A stretch of DNA of 63,159 nucleotides, counting the filler, from Reticulomyxa filosa (taxonomy: Eukaryota > Protista > Foraminifera), in assembly GCA_000512085.1 (NCBI GenBank). It is 21 parts of 21 records of this genome, joined end to end, with 100 filler letters (N's around TTAATTAATTAA, not from the genome) between each part and the next. Parts side by side here need not be neighbours in the genome. Positions count along the whole stretch, not along the records: positions 52,989 to 54,947 come from ASPP01019335.1; positions 55,048 to 58,673 come from ASPP01023128.1; positions 58,774 to 62,040 come from ASPP01028605.1; positions 62,141 to 63,159 come from ASPP01028397.1; 17 more parts are not named here. One strand, written 5' to 3'. Position numbers and translations under genes: made by a program. This document shows, piece by piece, positions 52,989 through 63,159 of this stretch; within the stretch, counting starts at the first letter, position 1; each line of letters starts with the position of its first letter. The notes under the pieces are model-generated. The model did no database searches. It saw only the letters and a program-made list of their open reading frames with translations, and was not told the origin of the DNA.

Positions 52989-54595
52989 CAACATCATTTT
53001 GATAATGAATGTCCTTTTACTTTGATTGATTGTTGGTTTAAACCTTTTGGATGCAATCATAAATGTCATAAACAGATTTTAAATCATCATTTGATTTCAA
53101 ACATGAAATTTCATTTTAATTTGGTCATGCAATTGTTTCAATCAATGAAACAAACTATTCAATTACATCAAGTTCAGTTTTTATTCATTTCATTTTTGTT
53201 TGCTTCATTCCACTATTATTTACATAAACATTAAAGGATAATTCGAATAAGTTGACATTGGAAATTGAGACATTAAAAAAAGATTTAAATAGTAGAATCA
53301 AAAATCTTCGCAAAGAAACATTTAAATATCATTCTGATATTGAAACAATCAAAAAAGATTTCAATCATCAGCAAGAGCAATTAAAGACAACAGTTAAATC
53401 ATTGGAAGAAAAGAATTCAAAATTGAAACGCAAATATCAAAGATTAAAGGCAAAATTATGTGATCAAGAAAAAATAGAGAAAAAAGAGGAGCATCAAAAT
53501 AATATTGGCATTTCTTCATCTTCAAATATTAATTTTGATCAATTTTGTTCATCAAGTAAATTACTTAAAACTTTCAATGGACACACGGGTCATGTCTTAA
53601 GCATTGATTATTCAACATTTGATGATAATCAATTTCTTTGTTCTGGATCATCAGATAAAACAATTCGTGTATGGGATATTAAGACAAATAAACAAATTCA
53701 ATTATTTAATGAATATTCAGATTTTGTATATTGTGTAAAATTTTCACCATATCATTATCATAATCATCGTCAAAATGTCATTTGTTCTTCATCGTTTGAC
53801 AAAACCATTCGTTTTTGGGATTTCAAACATAATAAGCAATTACAAATATTCAATGAACATTCACGTGGTGTTAATGGAATTGAATTTTCACCATTTAATG
53901 GTGGTAGATATTTGTGTTCTGGATCTGGTGATACTACTATTCGTTTATGGGATGTTGAAACATCAAAATCATTACATGTTTTCAATGGACATACAGGCAC
54001 TGTTAGATGTGTGGATATTTCACCATTGCAAAGCAATAAAAGCAAAAAAAGTAATAGTATTGGTGTGATTGGTGGAAATGGATATACAATTTGTTCTGGA
54101 TCAAGAGATAAAACCATTCGAATATGGGATATTGAAACATCCAAACAGTCCATTATACTTAATGGACATGAAAATTGGATTACGAGTGTAAAATATGGAT
54201 CAAATGAATTAAGAAATACAATATTATCTGGATCATTTGATAAAAGTGTCCGTTTGTGGGATATTCGATGCGATCGACAAATTCAAGTATTCAATCGACA
54301 TATTAGTGTTGTACATGCTGTTGAATATTCACCATTTGTTGTAAAGAGTGATGGTGAAGTCAGTGATAGTTCAAATGTGATATGTTCTGGATCGTTTGAT
54401 AATACAATTCGTTTTTGGGATATTCGATCAAATAAGAATGAACTGTATGTGATCAAAGAACATGGTCCAATATATTGTCTTACATTTTTACCTTTGAAAA
54501 AAGAAGAAAATAACAGCAAAAACCCAACGAATAATGATTTTCATTTTCATTTATGCTATGGCCCATTGAACGGCCTCATTTGTGTTTGGGGATAA
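52989..54595 (+). CDS. TRAF-type Zn finger + coiled coil + WD40 repeat protein (expanded foraminiferan family), 5'-partial
   Basis: CPFTLIDCWFKPFGCNHKC...HHL is followed by about seven WD40 repeats (GH...CSGS.DKTIR.WD), including IGVIGGNGYTICSGS. Confidence 0.95.
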
Positions 54596-55579
54596 TATTT
54601 TAATAAGATCTTTTTTTTAATGTTTTTTTTAATTAGGAAGCACAAGCCAATTAATTGTTATATAATATTTGGCAAATCTGTGCCGTTAAATAAACCACTG
54701 GAGCACTTTTGAAATGTATCAGATTTTTTTTTTACATTAAATTTTTTTGAATAGCAATACGTGTTTAATTGCCAAAAAGTAGAAAAATAGAGAAAGGATT
54801 AGTCGGATATTTAATAGTTTTTCCGTATTCTTTCAATAAAACCTGAAAGCTGAAGATACACGTACCTTTCAAATTATTTAAGCAATTCTTGGCGTATCTT
54901 GATCCCTATTGACTTCACCAAAACTTTAAAAAAGCTTGGGTTTGGCTNNNNNNNNNNNNNNNNNNNNNNNNNNNNNNNNNNNNNNNNNNNNTTAATTAAT
55001 TAANNNNNNNNNNNNNNNNNNNNNNNNNNNNNNNNNNNNNNNNNNNNGTCTTTTAAAATTTTCCTTCACTCTGATTGACACGCTAGAATACGTGCGCAGC
55101 AAAGCTTTTTCCAATTGAATAAAAAAAAAGTTGCACCCTGTCAAAAAATTTTGACAAAAAAATAAATAACACACATTCAACAGCAACTTTCAATAACAAA
55201 TACAAAAAAAATGAAACTTCAATTTCATCGAAAAACACAACAACAAAACAACATAACTGAAAAAACGCCACAAAAGGGGCTGATTCCATTTTTTTTATTT
55301 TTTTATCTTTCATCTTTTTTTTTGCCTCCTCCAGTTTTTGAAAAATAGACATAAATAAATTCTCAAAACTTGTTGGAAGCAGGATGATTATCATGCGTCG
55401 AAGGCACTTGAAAAACAAGTTAATTGACATATTCGAACAAACAAAACGTTCAAAATCGAAAACTGATTTTATTTAATAATGTACAAATACTTCAAATTAT
55501 AGCTGTTTGTGTTCTCTTTTCTACTGTATTAGATACACTTATTATCTGAACACAGAGTTTCTTAGTTAACTAACCGCTA

Positions 55580-57046
55580 AGCAATGCTCTATGAAGAAAC
55601 ATAAGCACTAGCATTGTTTTTTTCAAGGGAGTCGTATTATGGTATAGATTTGCCTCCTATAGCTTCTTTCTTAAGCCAAGTGGCACCGATACGTCAATTG
55701 TCTATTGTATGCGGCTGGTTTTTGTAAATTTGGTAGTCAGTGCCCAACGCAAACTAAATCTAAAAACTCCCACAATTTTAAAACAGCCCTTGAAGCTTAG
55801 AGACAATGGATGGCAGTTAATTACAAAAATTTGAAACACTTTTAAAAAAATAAAAAATATCCATTTGATCTGCAAACTAGCAAAATGACGTTGCAATCGA
55901 AAATAATGAAAATAACAAACCACCTACAATCAAACCACAAAAATGGAAGTATGGGTGTGTTATTGACTTAGATAGAATGCCATGTAAATTTGAGCATTAT
56001 ATATATTTTTTTGTAATTTCTTTTTCGTTAAATCATAAAAAATAAATAAGCAAATGTCTATTTATTTATTTTGTCGTAGAAATCGTCGAGTCTCTGGTAT
56101 TGCTATTGGATTTGAAAAATGGATGTGTTGTTCTTTACGTGTGGTGATTGGGACATTGGCAAACAAATTCCCTTGCAATTTTATCGCAGTATTGTTTGTG
56201 GGAATAGCAACAAAGAGAATATACACATTAAAGAATTTCCAAGATTTTTAATGCAATGGATGAACGTAAAGACATTTGCATTGAATTATTACCAAAGTAA
56301 AAACCCTACAAAGACAAAAATCAGCTTCGGGACAATAGCAAATTTGTTAAAGTTTTTGCAAATTCCTTTGGATGGAGTTCATCATTTAGGGATGCATGAC
56401 ACCGACAATATTGCAAAAATTTGTATAAGTCTTATTGTGGATGGGGCTGTGTTTGACATAACCACATCACGAGAGCATCATGTGAATGAAAATGGAAATA
56501 TAGTTCACGTGTTGAAGCATTCATACGCTCAACGAATCGGTCAATTACATTTGGCAAAAAATCAAAAAGAAAATCTGTATTGAAAAAGTAAGAAAAATAG
56601 ACCAAATAGAGATGAAAGGCTATAAAAAAACAGTTCCTTTGTTTCCACTTTTTTATACATATAGTAACGTAGTCTCACTCCAAAGTCAGTTGAAAAGTGT
56701 AATAACGTATAACTGTTCATTACTGTTGAGACAGCAACAACAATAATAAAACACTGCATTCAATGCCAAATTGACTTTGAAACAATATATCTGGGATTTT
56801 GATCAACAAAAACTCCGATTCCATTGCAATGCAAATATATTGCATAAAGTAATACCCGAAAACATTTTTTGGGAAAATGAGCATGTTATTGTTGTTTATG
56901 ATCTGTTTCCTAAAGTAAAACTTCATTTGTTAGTTTTGCCAAAGACGATTTATGTTGACTCCATTTATGATTTAAATCCCAAAAATCTTGCGCATGTGCA
57001 AACTCTTTTGATCATTAGTGACATTGCTCAAATCCTTTCTCGATAG
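55580..57046 (+). pseudogene. Decayed CCCH zinc finger + ERI1-type DEDDh exonuclease + aprataxin-like HIT gene
   Basis: 55681: WHRYVNCLLYAAGFCKFGSQCP (CCCH). ~55930: KPQKWKYGCVIDLD. ~56080: EIVESLVLLLDLKNG, which frameshifts directly into FTCGDWDI...W.NVK...GVHHLGMHDTDNIAKI (ERI Exo II/III). 56771: FWENEHVIVVYDLFPKVKLHLLVLPK...SIYDL (aprataxin HIT). Confidence 0.72.
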
Positions 57047-57739
57047 TTTGTACTTGTTTTCTTTGCTTCTTTTTTTTTTCATTCTCATTTTCTATCTTTT
57101 TTATTGTTGTTTTTTGTGTTGAATTTGTAAAACTCGATCTTATGTATTTACAATGTAATTAAAAGACTAACATATGAAAAAAAAATTTGCAAAAATTGTT
57201 GACGAAAAGTTTGTCAAAAAGGGTCTAGTTCCGTTTTTTAATTTTTTTTATTCATAATAATTTCAAAAAGTATGTCACAATCCACGTTGTTTACTGTCTG
57301 ATTCAGATATCTGATAAATCATGTTGTAAATTTGTCGTTACAACGACAATAATTCAGCTATGTCAAAAGAATTTGTACGTATAATGATTTTTGCTTGTTA
57401 CATTATTAAAGATATTTAAATAATGTTTTCTTACAATACAAAGAAATGCAATAATTTGTCTGTTTATTTCGTGTGTGAAAGTTATTCCCTTTCTCTGCTA
57501 ATATACTTATTAGGAAAGGATGATGAAAATACAAAAACGTAACAATTCAACCAATGCAAAAAAATTAACACAAATCCACCACATTGTTTTTTTTCCTATG
57601 AAAATACAAACGATAAAACAAAAGAGGTAAGTGCACGACAAAAGAAAGAAAAACAGCAACAAATAAACCAAGCAAAGACAAAACAAAAAACCAATAATCC
57701 GAATCAAAATCAAATTTAAAAATTCAACAACATTAGTTG

Positions 57740-58635
57740 TTTAAGTACGGTTAAGTTCAATCATGTGCAACAAAGAAACACATGTTTTGCAATCTTGAAT
57801 ACTGACAGAACCTCTGTCTTTCAGGCATTCTTGTTCATCATCGTTGAGTTGCACTTCACAAACGAACAATCGAGTCAAACCATTCCAATGAGGCTTAACA
57901 TTTTTCCTGTATTACGTAAATGTGTCATACACCAAAAATGCGAAAAAGCGTGTGTTCAGAGTGGCAAATTTTTTAAACATAAAAAAAACAAAAAACAACA
58001 AAAATAACATGGCATCAAATGGAGTCAAAGTAAAAGTAAGTTTTTGGGTTGTCGTCGAAAACCCACTGTTCATAATGCTCTCACTTAATTTCCAACTGCA
58101 GCAAAACCACAATTTGTGCAACTCTATTCCAATTTTAAAGGGAGATAAAGAAAGAAGCAAAAAAAAATATATCTATTTACTTTCGCAATGAAATAAAAGA
58201 TTTTTAAAAAAAACTTTGATTGGAGGCAATGTTTTTGTTTCGAGTGCCACAAGTGAATATTTTGACGACGGAACCATGTTTGGATTGAACCAATAGCTGT
58301 TGAAAATGCAGCATCGTGTCACGGTTGGATGTGACATCAATCCAATCCAAAAAGTCGACTTCGCGAATCATATCATTGAGACAACTATCTGGAGATGTAC
58401 GAGTGTTATTTTGCTCAGAATCGATCAAAGGCACATGCTTTTCCCTATTGTTGTCAATCTTCTCATCCTCGTTTTCATCATCTCCATCCTCACTACTTTC
58501 CAAATGGCTGTCATATAACGTTCCCACGTTATCTCCAGGCATCAAATGCTGACCATCTTTGGCATTGTCTTGTTCCGGTGGATGAAGAGACGAAGAAGCT
58601 TCTCGGAACCATATTTGAATGGGATTTTCCCACAC
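57740..58635 (-). CDS. Hypothetical multi-exon protein, 3' part
   Basis: ORF 58204-58635 plus short downstream exons. No family recognised. Confidence 0.45.
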
Positions 58636-58879
58636 ATCTTTTTTTTTTTTTTTTTTGGTTGTATACGTATTATNNNNNNNNNNNNNNNNNNNNNNNNNNN
58701 NNNNNNNNNNNNNNNNNTTAATTAATTAANNNNNNNNNNNNNNNNNNNNNNNNNNNNNNNNNNNNNNNNNNNNTTTTACGTATCCAAATATCGATACACA
58801 TACACTCCCCTCCCCTTCCCTCCTCACTCTCCTTACTCATAAGTAATTGCAAATACTACTACAAAAAAAAACAAAACAA

Positions 58880-59566
58880 CAACGAACCCTCAACCCATCC
58901 ATTATGTTTTGGATCTTCCACAACACCAATGATGATGGATACCACTCCGGCTAATATTAAAATGCGCAGCATTGGATCACCTAATATATCCCATGCGATT
59001 TCCCATATCGGGGTTGGCGGCTGACGGGTGATTTCATTTTTACCAAATACTTCGCGACGCAATGCCAATGCGTCCTTGTCCTTTGTTTCGTCTTCGCCCA
59101 ATCCCGTTATTGTATTCGTTCGTAAGGCATACGCCAGACCTTGGATCCCACCCATTTCTGCCAGCCTATTCCATTTTCATCATTTTTTTTTTTTTTTCTC
59201 CTTTCGATTTTCTACTTTCTTTTTTTTTTTTTAAAAAAAAAGGGGACTATTTGAATGCGCGTCCTCGCGCTTGTTTTTCCTTTTAACAACTCTTTGTGGC
59301 TCATTAATTTTTTTATTTATTACCCCCCCCTCGTCCTTAAGGAAACGCAAAAATGATAGTAATAAAAACGGTGATTTTGTGATAATGTAATTAAAAAATA
59401 TTCACCTGGCGATTGCTAATTCTTCTTCTTGAAAGTGGGACATGACGTCTTGTAGGTCACTGCGGTCGTAGAGCCATTTATGCTCATATACCGATTTTGA
59501 CCGCTTAAACTCGGTCTGTTCTTTGGCAAATTTATAAAAGGTCTCTTGATGAAGTAAGAAACTCAT
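58880..59566 (-). CDS. Plasma-membrane-type P2B Ca2+-ATPase, N-terminal part
   Basis: GGIQGLAYALRTN...GL...RREVFGKNEI...PIWEIAWDILGDPMLRILILAGVVSIIIG...GWVEG. Confidence 0.92.
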
Positions 59567-59821
59567 GGTACTAAATCTGAATCAATTTTTTAAATTGCAC
59601 GTTCAATTGCTAAAAAACCCCACCAAAACGTGTTTAAGCGGTGTTAGTACGTTTCTTTACAACAAAACTACTACTTGATCAAAAGGCAATTGAAAGTATA
59701 GCTATTTTTATTTTATTTTTTAAATAGAACCCGCTCACTCTTGTGTCAAAGACCAAGGGCTTCACGAAAGGTTTTTTTGTTGTAGATAATAACGTTGATA
59801 TTATTTAGACCAATAGTAACC

Positions 59822-60927
59822 ATGGGCTCATGCTGTGTAAAAGCTGGAGAAAAAGACAGTACTAAAGTCCCTTTGCTAGAGATAGAGCAGAATGAGCCTT
59901 CACAGGTTGAACGTGTCAAAAAGAAAAAGACAAAACTTAAACGGAAAAGAAATATGTGTAAAGTTGATCAAAAATGTTTAAAAGAGAGGAGTGCATAAAA
60001 AAAAATAAAATTAGAAAGAGAACAAAGAGTCGAAAATAGTGAGTGAAAAAGTCGAAGTGATCGAAACGAGAAATGAAAACAAAACATATGAGAAAGCAAT
60101 AGTGCCAGAGCCCGTCCCAACAAAAGAGAGTAACGAAAAGCAAGAGCTTACAGTAAATGTGAATAATGTAAGCAAAGAAGAAAAAAAAGAAACAATAACG
60201 GCAACAGCAACAGCAGAAGTAACAACCAATGGCAAAGCGAATGAAAAATTGGAGAGCAAAAATATCGAGACAAAGCCTGAAGAAACAACATTGACGGATA
60301 ATAAGAATGGAGTCAATTACGTGATCAAAGACCCTCGTCTTCAGGAGTTGAGACAACAAAAGAACGCGGAAAATGAATCCAAGGTCAAGACGATTGAAGA
60401 CAAAGTCATTACCATTTCCATCAAATCCATCGACAACGGATTTCCTACTATGCAAATTTCAATCAGTTGGAGAAGCACCGTCTATCTTTTAAAAAAGGAA
60501 ATTCAAAAGAGTTCCAACGATAATATTGATGTAGCTCGTCAGAGATTGATCCACAAAGGAAGAGTTAACTTTATACATATGTATGCATATATACATATAT
60601 GCTATATTATATGTTATATACATGTACATATGTTATCAGTACATTTTTTTTTTTTTTTTTTTTTTGTGAATGTGAAACATTGGTTGTTGAAAAATTGCAA
60701 TGTAGGTGTTGAAGAATGATAAACGCTTATGCCGGTTAGGGGTTGATAATGGACACATTTTGATGTTGGTCAGATCATCAAAACCGGAAGCTGCGCCTAA
60801 GAATGATACTTTACTTGTTCGACATCGGTCAAACACTTCTCAATCTGATTTCATCTCACCTATCTCTGAACCTGCATTGAGCCCGAGAAATACTACTTTT
60901 GAAGAATTGACGTTGGAGTCCTCTTGA
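59822..60927 (+). CDS. Acylated (MGSCC) protein with a C-terminal ubiquitin-like domain
   Basis: ITISIKSI...STVYLLKKEI...RQRLIHKGR|VLKNDKRL..LGVDNGHILMLV; there is no terminal GG. Confidence 0.85.
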
Positions 60928-61379
60928 AACGGCACTGGTTTTTTTATTTTTTTGAATAACCAATTTTTTTTTTCCCATTATTATTATTTGTTTGTTTAAA
61001 AAAGAAAAAAAAGGGGTGTTGGAAAAAAGAAAACACAATTTATTATTGCAAATTGTTTTTCTGGTTCTTTTTGTTAGTTTTAAAATCAATTTTTGTTTGA
61101 TTTTCTAACCTTTGATTTTCTTCTTTTTTGTTTTTGCTATCATTTTCTTTCTCCCTCCACCTTTTTTTGTTAAATTGAATCAAAATAATAAAAATTTTTA
61201 AAAAAGAAAAAATACACACTATTTTGTATGTAAATTCGTTCGTGGCATTTTTGGTTTCTTTGCTTGTTGAGGACACAACAAAAGCAAAAAGACCATACTT
61301 TCGGGCAATTTCAAAAAAAAAAAAAATGGAAAGAAAAAGAAACCAATTTCCTTTTTTTTTTTCTCCTTTAAAAAAAAAT

Positions 61380-62040
61380 TCATCCAAAAGATTTGAAAGG
61401 GGCAGTGGACTCTGTAGTAATATTATTAAAATAAGCACCATCGACATTTGTGGGATACGACGACGACGGCGCCTGTCGAATGTGGAAATTGGAAGGGATA
61501 TTAGATATAACGCCAATGTTTTGAGAAAGAGCACTTGCGTTGGATGGAATGGAGAAAGCACTTGCAGCATTATGTGTCGTGGGAGCAAACGTTTTTTGCT
61601 GGTGCAATGGCAAGCCCACAGTTTTTGCCATGTGTTCATATGTTACACGAAACAACTCAATGTATCTTGTGCCAATAAAATTCTATTAACATATAAAAAT
61701 ATAAACACATTAACATATACACGGGTATATGTATATGAAAACACTTTTTTTTTTTTAAACAAAAACAAGTATGTTTACATTTGTTTTCGCTCAACTCTGT
61801 CTCGGGTCATAGCTTTGGAACAATCTTCGATGGAATAAAACTCGACATAGGCCTCAGTGCCATCGGCTTTGCGATGGATGCGAACAGGAGTGATGCCGAC
61901 TTCCTGAAAGAATTTGGTGATTTCCGTTTCCGTGCAAGAATAGGGTAGTCCGCGCATTAGCAAGCACAAAGAATTGAGCTGCTGCAAAACCAACGGAGTT
62001 TTGTTGTTGTTGTTGTTGTTGTTGTTGTACTGTTGGTTGT
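61380..62040 (-). CDS. hnRNP F/H-ESRP-like quasi-RRM protein, 3' part
   Basis: LLMRGLPYSCTETEITKFF...EAYVEF...AM / IGTRYIELF. Confidence 0.88.
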
Positions 62041-62140
62041 NNNNNNNNNNNNNNNNNNNNNNNNNNNNNNNNNNNNNNNNNNNNTTAATTAATTAANNNN
62101 NNNNNNNNNNNNNNNNNNNNNNNNNNNNNNNNNNNNNNNN

Positions 62141-62796
62141 TTTTGTACTGGGTCGGAGGCATTCAATTGGCCAAAAGCATTAACAACATTGGGTCCAAGT
62201 TGGATAAAACGTATGAGTATCATTACTCTGGCTGGGCTGGCACTGTGTTTATTGGTATTTTTTTTTGAAAACTAACAGAGGCAACATTTGTTGCGTTGAT
62301 ATCAATCGTATTGGGCATCGACTATGTCACAAATTTCTTGAGCAAAAGCGACAGGATTCGAACGTATGTAGTGTTGAACACAATATTGGGCTTCACTGCA
62401 TTGGTAGCCTTTTTTAGCTATGCGGCGTGGCGTGCGTACGGGGTATCGGGATTGACAATGTCCAGAACGGCTTGCGTGTCCGCGGGATGGTTCTTTTTGA
62501 TCGTCGCGTCGGTGTATCTGTACGTGATTGGGTTCACGGATGTCTGCTGCAAGTTTTCAGCGACGGCGCAGCGAGAGGTGCGCGAAAAAACCTCGCGAGT
62601 GAAAATGGGCGCAGTTGTCGTGCTTTTGTTTGGAGGCTTCATTGTCATGGTTGGAATGTGGTCCATTGCCACGCTTTCGGACAAGTATTGGAACTGCTAT
62701 TATGTAGGATATGGATTCTTTGTCTTCTTCTTTTGTGTTGTCTTAGCTTTAGATGTTCATTTGGGAGAGGCTCTTCATAGGAGATTTCAAAAGTAG
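62141..62796 (+). CDS. Multi-pass membrane protein, 3' part
   Basis: ORF 62296-62796 has four to five hydrophobic segments. Confidence 0.6.
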
Positions 62797-63159
62797 ATTT
62801 CGAGATTTTTTTTTGTTTTGTTTTGTTTTTTTTTTAAAAATCAAACGTGTATTGTTTATTTTCATTTTTTCTTCTATTTCTATCCAATCATTTCTTTTTA
62901 TAAGAAAAGTGTTTTGTTGAGTGCATGCTTTTTTTTTTGTTTAGTTTTGGGCTGATGGCATTATCTATTGTTTGGAACTGAGCTTTCCTCACATTCTTGC
63001 GTTTTTTTTAACTTTCACAAGTTTTATTGAAACTAACTTGTCTTGCTGTTCTTTCCCTCCGAAGGGGGAGGAGAGAGGGCAACTACAATCTGCTACGTGA
63101 GACATCATATGCGCATTTCATACATCAGCTCAAATTATATCTTTTTTTTTTTTTTTTTT

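Noticed and set aside
13583-62140. Regularly recurring TTAATTAATTAA palindrome as a CRISPR-like or biological repeat
   Set aside because: It is always centred in an identical 100-nt N spacer, so it is an artificial six-frame-stop linker.
1-63159. tRNA, rRNA, snRNA or CRISPR arrays
   Set aside because: None were recognisable by eye. A covariance-model search would be needed to exclude small RNAs.

Overview
This is not a contiguous locus. It is a pseudomolecule of 21 eukaryotic contigs joined by 20 artificial 100-nt spacers (N44-TTAATTAATTAA-N44). The DNA is AT-rich, has many spliceosomal introns and long poly-A/T runs, and carries a TRAF-like/WD40 protein with the 'IGVIGGNGYTICSGS' block. These features point to a foraminiferan (Rhizaria), most likely Reticulomyxa filosa or a relative; this is an inference from memory, not a search. 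Recognisable genes, mostly partial: FCP1/SCP-type (NIF) phosphatase, SmB, an Sfi1-like repeat protein, casein kinase I, a C2 protein, RasGEF, IFT172, an ARM protein, G-alpha, a beta-trefoil+SAM protein, an XMAP215-like TOG protein, a CHAT protease, a WD40 protein, a PMCA Ca-ATPase, an acylated UBL protein and an hnRNP F/H-like qRRM. Several elements are absent or unrecognisable in the ORF track: a cathepsin Z pseudogene, a caspase-like pseudogene, an ABC1 kinase pseudogene, a decayed CCCH + ERI exonuclease + aprataxin-HIT gene, and an RNase H-bearing LINE fossil with nested Tc1/IS630 elements whose TIR family recurs on three contigs. Splicing oddities include poly(A)-AG acceptors, a GC-AG intron directly after the SmB start codon, and a candidate SmB poison exon. 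All translations and splice models were made by eye.
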